From the NCBI GenBank assembly GCA_963812155.1, contig CAWETW010000003.1, positions 1 through 64,000 on the forward strand: a stretch of DNA of 64,000 nt, written 5' to 3'. Positions 30,551 through 39,822 of this stretch are shown one piece after another (positions within the stretch are counted from its first letter, which is position 1; every line of letters starts with the position of its first letter). Source of the stretch: Vulcanimicrobiota bacterium. Lineage in GTDB: Bacteria > Vulcanimicrobiota > Vulcanimicrobiia > Vulcanimicrobiales > Vulcanimicrobiaceae. The notes under the pieces were generated by a model. The model was not told where the DNA came from. It saw only the letters and a list, made by a program, of their open reading frames with translations, and searched no databases. The position numbers were made by a program, and so were the translations under genes.

Positions 30551-31819
30551 ATGAAAAAGATACTTCGTTTGATCACCGTTGCAGCGCTCGTCGCGGGCGG
30601 CTGCGCCCGCGGCGGACTGCCGCCCTCACCGCCTGCGTTTGGAGGCGGGCCGCTTGGCGCCGCCTCGTCGCGTTCTTCCGCGAGCGCCCGCTCGGCAGCG
30701 TCGGCGTATCTGACGATCTACGCCTTTGCGGGAGGTTCCGACGGAGCCCAGCCTGAGGCCGGGTTGCTTGCAGTAAACGGTGCGCTGGTCGGAACGACCT
30801 ACACCGGTGGCGGCGCATCCAGTTGCAGTGGAGGCTGCGGAACGGTCTATCGCGTGTTTCCCTCGGGAACCGAGCACGTGTTGCACCGGTTTGCCGGCGG
30901 CTCCGACGGCGAAAATCCGATTGGTGGGCTCGTCGAGATCGACCATGCATTTTACGGCACGACCGTGAACGGCGGCGAGAACCGCTACGGAACCGTGTTC
31001 TCGGTAAATCCCTCCGGCTCCGAACGCGTCCTGTATGCCTTTGCGGGTGCGCCCGACGGAGCGAAACCCGAAGCGACGCTGCTCGCGTTTCAGGGCGCAC
31101 TCTACGGAACGACGTACGGCGGCGGCAACGGCGGCTGCTTCGGCAGTCCGACCGGATGCGGAACGGCGTTCCGGATCGACACCAGCGGAAATGAAACCGT
31201 GTTGCACCGGTTCGGATTACGGCCCGACGGCGCGCTGCCGATTTCAAATCTCATCGTTCGCAACGGCGCGCTCTACGGCACGACGACGAAACGCACGACC
31301 AATGAAGGCGGCGGCGTCTGCGGCGCGGGCGCCGGGTGCGGAGTCGTTTTCGCGATGACGCTTACCGGCGACGACGAACACGTCGTTTACCGTTTCCTGC
31401 GAAGTCCCGACGCTTCGACCCCCGAGACGGGTCTCGTCTTCGCCGACGGACTCTTTTACGGAACGACGCCGTACGGCGGCACCAAAGGCAAAGGCACCGT
31501 CTATGTGGTCAATACGCTCGGCGGAGAACAGATCGTGCACAGTTTCAACGGCTACGGCGACGGTGCCAATCCGTTCGCCAGCCTAATCGCGCACGACGGG
31601 GCGTTCTACGGTACTACCTATAACGGCGGCCGCCACGGCAAAGGAACCATCTTCAAAATAGATGCTTCCGACGTCAAAACGGTGTTGCACGATTTCGCGG
31701 GAGGCAACGACGGTGCCAATCCACTTGGAACGCTCGTGCTGCTCGACGGCCAACTCTACGGAACGACGAAGTACGGAGGTGCTCACGGTGCGGGTACCGT
31801 CTTCAGCGTCGCGCCGTAG
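30551..31819 (+). CDS. Lipoprotein with about 7 Gloeo/Verruco (GloVer-type) tandem repeats
   Basis: Signal MKKILR...VAGGC; repeat DGxxPxxxL...GxLYGTTxxGG...GTVF...GxExVLxxF seven times. Confidence 0.85.
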   Translation: MKKILRLITVAALVAGGCARGGLPPSPPAFGGGPLGAASSRSSASARSAASAYLTIYAFAGGSDGAQPEAGLLAVNGALVGTTYTGGGASSCSGGCGTVYRVFPSGTEHVLHRFAGGSDGENPIGGLVEIDHAFYGTTVNGGENRYGTVFSVNPSGSERVLYAFAGAPDGAKPEATLLAFQGALYGTTYGGGNGGCFGSPTGCGTAFRIDTSGNETVLHRFGLRPDGALPISNLIVRNGALYGTTTKRTTNEGGGVCGAGAGCGVVFAMTLTGDDEHVVYRFLRSPDASTPETGLVFADGLFYGTTPYGGTKGKGTVYVVNTLGGEQIVHSFNGYGDGANPFASLIAHDGAFYGTTYNGGRHGKGTIFKIDASDVKTVLHDFAGGNDGANPLGTLVLLDGQLYGTTKYGGAHGAGTVFSVAP

Positions 31820-31829
31820 CGCGACGCAC

Positions 31830-32906
31830 GTGCACCGCGTTGTCGCGATCGCCGCAGCGGCCGCGATCTTATCGGCGTGCGGCGGCGCGATCCCGCGAGG
31901 GGCGCCGGTCGCCGCTCCGGCGGAGCGCGCGGCAGCCGCATCCTGCGCGACGCAAACCTGCATCTACGTCACCGACAATGCGGGACAAAGCCCGCACCCG
32001 CGCGACAACAAGGTGCTCGTTTTTTCCCGCGATGCCGGCGGAAACGCCGTACCCGTGGCGCAGATCGCCGGATCGAAGACGCATCTCGTCTATCCGCGCG
32101 CGGTCGCGCTCGACGGCGATCGCAATCTCTACGTTTCCAACTATACGCCGCTCGAGAAGCAGCGCAACGTCGCCGTCTTCGCGCCCGGGGCGAACGGAGA
32201 CGCGGTCCCGCTGCGCACGATCTCGGGACCGGCCACCGAGCTGATGGCGCCGAGCGCGCTTTCGCTGGATAGCGCGGGCAATCTCTACGTGGTCGATTCC
32301 TACGGCGCCGCATCGGGTTGCTCGACTCCGACGCAAGGCTGCTGGGCGGTCAACGTGTACGCGGCGAAAGCCGCCGGCAACGTCGCGCCCGTGCGCAGCA
32401 TCCGCGGTCCCGCAACGAAGCTGTTTTACGCGTACGGGTCGGCGGTCGACTCCAGCGGCAACGTCTACGTTGCCGACGGCTATCACGTCAACTGTTGCGT
32501 GACCGTTTACGCCGCCGGCGCCAGCGGTAACGTCAAGCCGGTGCGAACGATTCAAGGTTCGCGAACGGATCTCGCGACGCCGGTCGGCGTCGCGCTCGAT
32601 TCGCACGGAAACGTCTACGTGCTCAACGCCGAAGGCAGCCCTACGCGCAGCGTGACCGTGTATGCGGCGGGCGCCCACGGCAACGTCAAACCGATTCGCG
32701 ATATCGTCGGACAGAATACCGGCCTCTACGCGGCTCCGGCGGGCATCGCCGTTGACGGCAGCGGCCGCGTCTACGTACTGCAGTCGGGAACGACCAACTC
32801 CGTCTCGGTCTTCGCGCCCGGCGCCACCGGCGACGTCGCGCCGCTTCGGGTCATCGCCGGCAAGAATACGGGCATGGCGAACCCTTGGGCCATAGCGGTG
32901 CGCTAA
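31830..32906 (+). CDS. NHL-like repeat beta-propeller lipoprotein (about 6 blades)
   Basis: Lipobox ILSAC; repeat ALDxxGNxYV...VxVYAxGAxGNVxPxRxIxGxxTxLxxP. Confidence 0.85.
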   Translation: MHRVVAIAAAAAILSACGGAIPRGAPVAAPAERAAAASCATQTCIYVTDNAGQSPHPRDNKVLVFSRDAGGNAVPVAQIAGSKTHLVYPRAVALDGDRNLYVSNYTPLEKQRNVAVFAPGANGDAVPLRTISGPATELMAPSALSLDSAGNLYVVDSYGAASGCSTPTQGCWAVNVYAAKAAGNVAPVRSIRGPATKLFYAYGSAVDSSGNVYVADGYHVNCCVTVYAAGASGNVKPVRTIQGSRTDLATPVGVALDSHGNVYVLNAEGSPTRSVTVYAAGAHGNVKPIRDIVGQNTGLYAAPAGIAVDGSGRVYVLQSGTTNSVSVFAPGATGDVAPLRVIAGKNTGMANPWAIAVR

Positions 32907-32940
32907 CGAATGCCTTGGTAAAACTCGAGAGGAAACGTTC

Positions 32941-33324
32941 GTGACGAAGTTTTTGCACACGTCGATTTTCGTCAACGACATGGACGAGTCGATTTCGTTC
33001 TACACCGATAAACTCGGCTTCAAACTACTCGGCGGTCCGCACCATTATCCCGGAAACTGCGATATGGCATTCGTCGGTCGCGATTGGAACGCGTACGTCG
33101 AACTCGTCTACGATCTGGAAGATCATCCGCCGTACGAACTGGGCAACCGGTACGAGCACTTGGCGGTCGAAGTGGAGGAAGATTTGAGCGAGTACGTAGA
33201 CGAACTCAAACGCAAAGGCGTCCGCATCCTTAAAGACGTTTACAAGTCGCCGAGCGGCACGCGTTCGATCGCCTTCGTCGAAGATCCCAACGGCATTCCC
33301 GTCGAGCTGCTCGAGCCGGCTTAG
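32941..33324 (+). CDS. VOC family protein (lactoylglutathione lyase-like)
   Basis: FLHTSIFV, FYTDKLG, VELVY, YEHLAV, AFVEDPNGIPVEL; RBS GAGG upstream. Confidence 0.9.
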   Translation: MTKFLHTSIFVNDMDESISFYTDKLGFKLLGGPHHYPGNCDMAFVGRDWNAYVELVYDLEDHPPYELGNRYEHLAVEVEEDLSEYVDELKRKGVRILKDVYKSPSGTRSIAFVEDPNGIPVELLEPA

Positions 33325-33344
33325 ACTTCTCTCGGCGCCGTTCG

Positions 33345-34487
33345 TTAACGGTACGTAAAAGGATCGGCGGGCGGCGCGATGCGATCGATGCGCCGCGCGA
33401 CGAGTTGCGGCTCTCCGGCGGCGATGGCGACGTTGCCGTCTGCGCGCAGCCACGTTCCCGCCCCGAACGCCGGCGTCTTCGACAGGCGTACGACGACCGG
33501 TGCGGCATCTGCGCGGCAACAGGTTATCGCATAGCGCACGAGCGCGGCGGCATGCGATTGGCGCACGAGGGTTCCGGTGAACGTGACGCGCTCGCCGGGA
33601 AATGCGCCGGCCAGCGTCGTTTCGGTCGCGATGTATGCGGGCGGCGGCACGGCGACGAGCGCTCCGGCGAGCATCAGTGCCGGCGCCGGCAGCGCGCGCG
33701 GATCGCGACCGTAGCGGAATAGCACTGCGGTCGCGGCACAGGCGGCGGCGCAAACGAGCAGCGCGGCCGCGAGGGCGGGATGGACGAGCGCGTCGCCGTG
33801 CCGCAATCCGACGATCGCGAGCGCGAGCGCCAGCAGACAGGCGGCGAACGCATCGGGTTGCGGGAGGCGATGCGAGCGTTGCACGAGCGCGCGCACGTCG
33901 ACGACGCCGGCGACGCAGAGAAACGCCGATGCGGCGAGCGGTGCACGCTGGTGCAAGGCGGCAGCGATCGCCACCGCGCCGATTCCGCACGGCGAAGCGG
34001 TGAAGCCGAGCAGCGCGCCGCTCGCGATCTGCGCCGCGGGCGACAGCGAAGGGACTCCGGCGAAGATCGGCAGCTGTAAGACCGCGCCCGCGACGAGCGC
34101 CGCCGGCAACACTGCCGCAAGTTCGCCGAGCACATGTTCGCGGCAATGCGGCGCATCGTCGGGGGCGTGGGACGATTGCGAGCGTCGAAGGTGCGCGACG
34201 GCGGTTGCGGCGAGAAATCGCCCGATCGCCACCCCGGGCCCGAAGACGACCCACGTGATGGCGGCGGCCGGTATCGAGCGCGCCGCCGCTCCGCTCCCGC
34301 ATCCGCACCCGAAAAATGCCGCGGTGCCGGTGCGGTTGGTCATGCGTCCGAGCAAGACGCCGGCGAAGACGAACGGCGTCGCTTCGAAGAGCGTGCTCGC
34401 AGCGGTGGCAAGGACTCCGAACGGGACGCCGGGCGGTGCGGCCGCCGCCGCCGCAACGGCCGCTGCGACAAAAAACGCAGTGCGCAT
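33345..34487 (-). CDS. Fused DUF318-type permease / DUF1980 (YcgR-YcgQ-like) membrane protein
   Basis: N-half LFEATPF, GCGCG, AFLCVAGVVDVR; C-half LVHP, GERVTFTG, RYAITCCRADA, WLRADG, PADPFTY. Confidence 0.7.
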   Translation of the reverse strand: MRTAFFVAAAVAAAAAAPPGVPFGVLATAASTLFEATPFVFAGVLLGRMTNRTGTAAFFGCGCGSGAAARSIPAAAITWVVFGPGVAIGRFLAATAVAHLRRSQSSHAPDDAPHCREHVLGELAAVLPAALVAGAVLQLPIFAGVPSLSPAAQIASGALLGFTASPCGIGAVAIAAALHQRAPLAASAFLCVAGVVDVRALVQRSHRLPQPDAFAACLLALALAIVGLRHGDALVHPALAAALLVCAAACAATAVLFRYGRDPRALPAPALMLAGALVAVPPPAYIATETTLAGAFPGERVTFTGTLVRQSHAAALVRYAITCCRADAAPVVVRLSKTPAFGAGTWLRADGNVAIAAGEPQLVARRIDRIAPPADPFTYR

Positions 34488-34572
34488 GCGCTGCAATCCC
34501 TCGCGTGGCGGGCGGCGTCAACCGCGCCGTCGCCGTCCGGGAACCGCGGCGGCGCCCGCGAACTCCCGCGCC

Positions 34573-34845
34573 ATGCAGCGGAGCGCCGCCGGCGGAAAAA
34601 TCTTCGAGGCGGCGGTGTGGACGCTCGCCGCCGTCGCGGCGTGCTATCTCTTGATCGGCGCGTACTACGGGTTTTTCGTCGGCAGAACGATTCACGACGT
34701 CAAGGCGTCGAATCCGGTTGCGGCGATGGTCGCCAATGCCGCCGGCCGTACGGCATCCGAACAGTTCGCGATCGCCAAGCTGAGAATTCCGGCATATATC
34801 GTACGCGCGCCGACCTTCTGGATGGCGTTGCGATTTAACGAATAA
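34573..34845 (+). CDS. Small hypothetical membrane protein
   Basis: MQRSAAGGKIFEAAVWTLAAVAACYLLIGAYYGFFV...; TAATG overlap with hisS. Confidence 0.6.
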   Translation: MQRSAAGGKIFEAAVWTLAAVAACYLLIGAYYGFFVGRTIHDVKASNPVAAMVANAAGRTASEQFAIAKLRIPAYIVRAPTFWMALRFNE

Positions 34846-36122
34846 TGCCTGCAAACTTCGCCGCTCCGCGCGGAACTCAAGACGTTCTTCCGCCCGCTTC
34901 CCGGGCCTGGAGCGCGCTGGAATCGCGCATTCGGACGCTCGCGGAACGCTTCGGATACGGCGAAATCCGCACGCCGCTTTTCGAATCCGCCGGCCTCTTC
35001 GTGCGTGGCGTCGGCGACACGACCGACATCGTCGAAAAGGAAATGTATCGGTTCGTGGATCGCGGCGGCCGGGAGGTCGCGCTGCGCCCGGAATGGACGG
35101 CGCCGGTCGTGCGCGCGGCACTCGAACGCCATCTCTTCGCGCAGGGTCCGCTGCGCTTGTACTACATCGGACCGATCTTCCGCTACGAGCGCCCGCAGAA
35201 AGGACGCTACCGGCAATCGCATCAGTTCGGCGTCGAGTGTTTCGGCCACGCGGGACCCGAAGCCGACGTCGAAGTCATTGCGCTGGCCTGGGAACTCGTG
35301 CGCGGTTGCGGCATTGCCGACGCAACGCTGCGTCTCAACACGCTGGGCGACGCCGAATGCCGGCCGCGCTACCGTCAAGCGCTGCTCGAACATTTTCGTC
35401 CCAATCTGGCGTCGCTGAGCGAAGATTCGCAACGGCGTCTCGAGCGCAATCCGCTCCGGCTGCTCGACAGCAAAGATCCCGCCGACCGGCCGCTGGTTGA
35501 AACCGCGCCGTCGCAAGAGTCGATGCTCTGCGCGGCGTGCCGCGAGCACTTCGAAGCCGTCAAAGCGTATCTCGACGTCGCCGGGATTCCGTTTTCCGTC
35601 GATCCGCGCATCGTGCGCGGTCTCGACTACTACAACCGCACCGTCTTCGAAATCACATCGAATTTACTCGGCGCCCAGAGTGCCGTTTGCGGGGGCGGCC
35701 GCTACGACGGCCTGGTGCGCTCGCTCGGTGGGCCCGACGTGCCGGCGGTGGGGTTTGCGCTCGGGCTGGAGCGCTTCTTGCTCGTGTTGGAGGCGTCCGG
35801 GGTCGCCGAGGAGACGCCGCGGCGCGGCGTCCAGGCGATCGCGCTCGGGCCGCAGGCAAGGGGAGCCCTGGTGCCGGTCGTCGCAGCCTTCCGCCGCATG
35901 CTCGATGTTCCGACCTACGCCGACTACGAGGAGCGCAAACTGCTGGCGCACCTGAAGATTGCCGATCGCAACCGCGCGCGTTTCGCGCTGATACTCGGAA
36001 CCGAAGAACTCGCTTCGGGCGCTCTCGTCTTGCGAGACCTCGAGCGGCGCACCGACCTGCCGCTTCCCCTGGGCTCCCCTAAAGACGTTGTTGCAGCGTT
36101 CGTAGAAGCGACGAGTAAGTAG
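34845..36122 (+). CDS. hisS: Histidine--tRNA ligase
   Basis: PRGTQD, IVEKEMY, LRPEWTA, FRYERPQKGRYRQ, VRGLDYY, GGGRYDGL. Confidence 0.97.
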   Translation: MPANFAAPRGTQDVLPPASRAWSALESRIRTLAERFGYGEIRTPLFESAGLFVRGVGDTTDIVEKEMYRFVDRGGREVALRPEWTAPVVRAALERHLFAQGPLRLYYIGPIFRYERPQKGRYRQSHQFGVECFGHAGPEADVEVIALAWELVRGCGIADATLRLNTLGDAECRPRYRQALLEHFRPNLASLSEDSQRRLERNPLRLLDSKDPADRPLVETAPSQESMLCAACREHFEAVKAYLDVAGIPFSVDPRIVRGLDYYNRTVFEITSNLLGAQSAVCGGGRYDGLVRSLGGPDVPAVGFALGLERFLLVLEASGVAEETPRRGVQAIALGPQARGALVPVVAAFRRMLDVPTYADYEERKLLAHLKIADRNRARFALILGTEELASGALVLRDLERRTDLPLPLGSPKDVVAAFVEATSK

Positions 36123-36123
36123 C

Positions 36124-36570
36124 ATGACCGACGATCACGAAAGCGAGCAACGGACCCTCCGCGAGTTGCTGGCGCTCATGCGCGAGCACGATCTCGACCG
36201 CGTCAAAATCAAGCTTGGTGACGCGGTCTTCGAAATCGACCGCCGGGTTCCGAACGATCCGGCTCGCGCCGCCGCCTCCGCAACGCCGGCGGCTGCGGAC
36301 GGCAACGAGGCGGTTCCGGTAGCCGGGCCGCTGGTCAAGCGCGTCACCGCGCCGCTGACCGGCGTCTTCTATAGCGCGGCTTCGCCCGATGCGGAACCGT
36401 TCGTTGCCGTGGGCGACCGCGTTTCTGCCGGCGACGTGCTGTGCATCCTCGAGGCGATGAAGCTCTTCAACGAAATTCAAAGCGACTACGCCGGGACGGT
36501 CGCGCGCATTCTGCCCGAGAACGGCGAACTGGTCTCACAAGGCGCGGATCTTTTTTGGATCGAGCCGTGA
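36124..36570 (+). CDS. accB: Biotin carboxyl carrier protein
   Basis: APLTGVFY, ILEAMKLFNEI (biotinylated Lys). Confidence 0.92.
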   Translation: MTDDHESEQRTLRELLALMREHDLDRVKIKLGDAVFEIDRRVPNDPARAAASATPAAADGNEAVPVAGPLVKRVTAPLTGVFYSAASPDAEPFVAVGDRVSAGDVLCILEAMKLFNEIQSDYAGTVARILPENGELVSQGADLFWIEP

Positions 36571-37160
36571 CCGGCGTCATGGGGCGGCGCGGTTTCGAAG
36601 AACTGCTCGCCGACCGGCGCGGTTTGCTCGACGCCCCGCATTACCGCGCACAAGTCGAGTCGATTGCGGATGCCGTCGTCGCCGCGCTGCGTGCCGGCAA
36701 CAAGGTGCTGTGGTGTGGAAACGGCGGCAGTGCGGCCGAAGCGCAGCACATGGCGGCCGAGCTTTCGGGACGATTTCTACGCGAGCGTCCCGGCCTGCAC
36801 AGCGAAGCGTTATCGGTGAACTCCTCGACGCTGACGAGCATCGGCAACGATTATGGCTACGAACACGTCTTTTCGCGACAGGTCGAAGCCTTCGCGCAAC
36901 CGGGCGACGTCGTCATCGGCATGACGACCAGCGGGGCGTCTGCGAACGTCGTGCTGGCGCTCAAGGCCGCAAAACGCCGGGGCGCAACCGCCGTCGCGTT
37001 TACCGGCAACGGCGGAGGCCGCGTCGCGGAGGTTGCCGACTTGTCGCTGGTTGGTCCCGACGGCTACGCGGCCATCGTTCAGGAAGTGCATCAAGTCATG
37101 GCGCACATCGTCTGCGATCTCGTGGAGCAGCGTCTGATTTTCGACGACGGAATGACGTAG
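36567..37160 (+). CDS. gmhA: D-sedoheptulose 7-phosphate isomerase
   Basis: CGNGGSAAEAQH, GNDYGY, FSRQVEA, TTSG, VQEVH. Confidence 0.93.
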   Translation: MTGVMGRRGFEELLADRRGLLDAPHYRAQVESIADAVVAALRAGNKVLWCGNGGSAAEAQHMAAELSGRFLRERPGLHSEALSVNSSTLTSIGNDYGYEHVFSRQVEAFAQPGDVVIGMTTSGASANVVLALKAAKRRGATAVAFTGNGGGRVAEVADLSLVGPDGYAAIVQEVHQVMAHIVCDLVEQRLIFDDGMT

Positions 37161-38140
37161 TGTCGCGACTGGGCCGCAAGCAAGCGCGAGCGCTTCTCCA
37201 CAAACTGCACGGCAAAAAGGTGCTCGTCGTCGGCGACGTGATGATCGACGAGTGGGTGTGGGGAACCGTTACGCGCATTTCTCCGGAGGCTCCGGTGCCG
37301 GTCGTTGCGGTGTCGAATCACTCGTTTACGTTGGGGGGCGCCGGAAACGTCGCCAACAATCTTCGAGCGCTGGGCGCCGACGTCTCGATCGTCGGTACGG
37401 TCGGCGACGACGACTTCGCCGGACAAGTTCGTTCGCTTCTGCGAAAACAGAAAGTCGATTCGGAGGGTTTGCTCGCGCTCAAGGGGCGCCCGACGACGCG
37501 AAAAACACGCGTCGTCGCGCACAATCAGCAGGTCGTTCGGGCCGATTGGGAACGCGTGAGCGCGCCTGCGGCGGCGCCCCGTAAAAAAATCGTCAACGCC
37601 GTGCGCGCGCGCGCGCGAAATGCCGATGCGGTGATCTTCAGCGACTACGGGAAGGGATTGCTGAGCCGCGATATCGTCGACGCCGCGTCGCGTTGCCCGT
37701 TCGTGCTGGCCGATCCGAAACCGCAGAACATCACCGTCTTCGCCGGGGTCACGTGCGTCGCTCCCAATGCCGCGGAAGCCTCCGCGATTACCGGAATACC
37801 GCTGAGCGGCGACGATTCGGTGATGGCAATGGGCCGCGCGCTGCTCCGCCTGCTCGATTGCCGGTACGTCGTCATCACCGTGGGCGAACACGGCATGACG
37901 CTGTTCCAACGCACCGGCGCACCGCTTAATATACCGTCGGTGGCGCGCACGGTTTTCGATGTCAGCGGCGCCGGCGACACCGTCATTGCCGTGCTCGCGC
38001 TCGCGCTTGCCGCGGGTGCAGCCATCGAACAGGCCGTCGAACTCGCCAACTTTGCCGCGGGAGCGGTCGTCGAGAAACTGGGTACCGCCACGGCGTCTGC
38101 GGACGAAATCCTCGCGCTGGTCGAGCACGCGCGTGCGTGA
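37160..38140 (+). CDS. rfaE1: D-glycero-beta-D-manno-heptose-7-phosphate kinase (RfaE domain I)
   Basis: VGDVMID, RISPEAPVPV, GGAGNVA, SDYGKG, DPK, DVSGAGDT. Confidence 0.93.
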   Translation: MSRLGRKQARALLHKLHGKKVLVVGDVMIDEWVWGTVTRISPEAPVPVVAVSNHSFTLGGAGNVANNLRALGADVSIVGTVGDDDFAGQVRSLLRKQKVDSEGLLALKGRPTTRKTRVVAHNQQVVRADWERVSAPAAAPRKKIVNAVRARARNADAVIFSDYGKGLLSRDIVDAASRCPFVLADPKPQNITVFAGVTCVAPNAAEASAITGIPLSGDDSVMAMGRALLRLLDCRYVVITVGEHGMTLFQRTGAPLNIPSVARTVFDVSGAGDTVIAVLALALAAGAAIEQAVELANFAAGAVVEKLGTATASADEILALVEHARA

Positions 38141-38630
38141 ACCGTTTGGAAAGCTGCTCGGCGTCGACGACGCCGTCGCCTGGCGGCAACGATTGCGCGA
38201 CGAGGGCCGCCGCGTCGTTTTCACCAACGGCTGCTTCGACGTGCTGCATGCCGGCCACGTGACCTATCTCGCGTGGGCGCGGGAACAGGGCGACGCGTTG
38301 ATCGTAGGCCTGAACGGCGACGATTCCGTGCGTGCGATCAAAGGCGAAGCGCGTCCAATCGTCGCGTTCGAGCAACGGGCGACGGTGCTGCTCGCGTTGC
38401 GCAGCGTCGATGCCGTCGTCGGGTTCTCGGAGCGCACGCCGGAAGTGCTGCTCGACCGCATCCGTCCCGACGTGCACGTCAAGAGCGATCAGTACGACGA
38501 AGCCGATCTTCCCGAACGCACGGTCGTGCTGCAGCACGGTGGCCGCATCGCGCTCGCGCCGCACGCCGCGGGCTTCAGCACGACCGACACGATCGCGCGC
38601 ATCTTAGATGCGTATCGCCGTCACGGCTAA
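38133..38630 (+). CDS. rfaE2: Heptose-1-phosphate adenylyltransferase (RfaE domain II)
   Basis: VFTNGCFDVLHAGH, GLNGDDSV, KGEARP, FSTT. Confidence 0.93.
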   Translation: MREPFGKLLGVDDAVAWRQRLRDEGRRVVFTNGCFDVLHAGHVTYLAWAREQGDALIVGLNGDDSVRAIKGEARPIVAFEQRATVLLALRSVDAVVGFSERTPEVLLDRIRPDVHVKSDQYDEADLPERTVVLQHGGRIALAPHAAGFSTTDTIARILDAYRRHG

Positions 38631-39822
38631 CGGCCCCGGCGAAGTTGCCGGATGGCTGCGGCCGCTGTTGCGTTCGCTCTACGAGCGCGCGCCCGGCGCG
38701 GAGGTGCACGTCTTTCTCGTTCCCGACGATTACGCTACCGGCCGGGAAGCGGAAACCGTGCGCGCGCTTTTTCCGCAAGCGTTTGCTTACGATCCCAAGA
38801 CGTATCTGAGATTCGCGCTCGGGCGAAACGTTATTGGCATCCCGCGCAGCGTCGACGCGGTGCAGTACGCGGGCGGCGACTTGCTGCACGCAGCGCGTCT
38901 GCACGCGCGCCTGAAGGGCAAGGCTGCCACGTATAAGTTCTCCCGCCGGCGTTATCGCACGCTCTTCGACCGCGCGTTCGCCGTCGATCGCTCGAACGCC
39001 GAACAACTCGAGGCGTGGGGCACGCCGCCGGAACGCATCGAGTGCGTCGGCAATCTCGCGGTCGACGGCGCGCTGCTCGAAGCGCAGGCGCCGCCCGAGG
39101 CCGGGACGCCCGAAGACGGAATTCTCGTGATGCCCGGCTCGCGCGCGTACGAAGTAGAAAACCTCATTCCGTTTTACTTCACGGCCGCGCTGCGGATGGT
39201 GCGCGAGCGCCCGGAACTGCCGATCGCATTCGGCATCTCCCCGTTCACGCCGCTCGCGCAGGTGCGCGCTTCCATCGAACGCGGCGGCGATCCGCGCGTC
39301 TTCGCGCAGCGAGGGCGTTTGGCGTTCGAAGGCGATCGCCCGTTTTTGGAATCGCTCGACGGCGCCACCCGGATTCCGGTGCTGTTCAACGCGCTCGCGG
39401 CGGCCCGCCGCGCGCGGTTCGTGTTGACGATTCCCGGAACGAAGACCATCGAGTTGGCCGTCCTCGGTAAACCCGCGCTGACGATCACGCCGCTCAACGC
39501 TCCCGAAATCATTGCCTTCAACGGACCGCTGACCTATCTCGACCGCGTGCCGTTGATCGGAGTGCCGCTGAAGCGTGCCGTAGCGGTCGGGATATCGCAG
39601 CGCTTCCGCTTTCACACGCAGCCGAACATCGACGCAGGGGCGATGCTCGTTTGGGAAGTGCACGGAACCGTGACGCCGGGCCGCATCGCGCGCGTCGCAC
39701 TCGAGCGCTACGACGATCGCGAATGGATCGCGGCGACCGGCACGCGGCTCGCCTCCCTCTATGCCGGACACGCCGGCGCCGCCGACCGCATGGCGCGATC
39801 GCTCGTGGAACTCTGCGTGTGA
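38608..39822 (+). CDS. Lipid-A-disaccharide synthase (LpxB)-related GT-B protein
   Basis: ANGPGE N-terminal motif, VGN, MPGSRAYE, PGTKTIELA, PN. Confidence 0.7.
   Translation: MRIAVTANGPGEVAGWLRPLLRSLYERAPGAEVHVFLVPDDYATGREAETVRALFPQAFAYDPKTYLRFALGRNVIGIPRSVDAVQYAGGDLLHAARLHARLKGKAATYKFSRRRYRTLFDRAFAVDRSNAEQLEAWGTPPERIECVGNLAVDGALLEAQAPPEAGTPEDGILVMPGSRAYEVENLIPFYFTAALRMVRERPELPIAFGISPFTPLAQVRASIERGGDPRVFAQRGRLAFEGDRPFLESLDGATRIPVLFNALAAARRARFVLTIPGTKTIELAVLGKPALTITPLNAPEIIAFNGPLTYLDRVPLIGVPLKRAVAVGISQRFRFHTQPNIDAGAMLVWEVHGTVTPGRIARVALERYDDREWIAATGTRLASLYAGHAGAADRMARSLVELCV

Noticed and set aside
30551..32906. Repetitive DNA in the propeller genes (also 55986-57041) as a possible CRISPR array or DGR repeat
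   Set aside because: The repeats are in-frame, degenerate at synonymous positions and explained by protein blades; no cas or reverse transcriptase gene is in the window.
33025..35121. Long alternative-frame ORFs (e.g. 33025..35121, 42418..44601, 51632..53458, 8173..9996)
   Set aside because: Arg/Ala/Pro-rich shadow ORFs overlapping well-supported genes, as expected in high-GC DNA.
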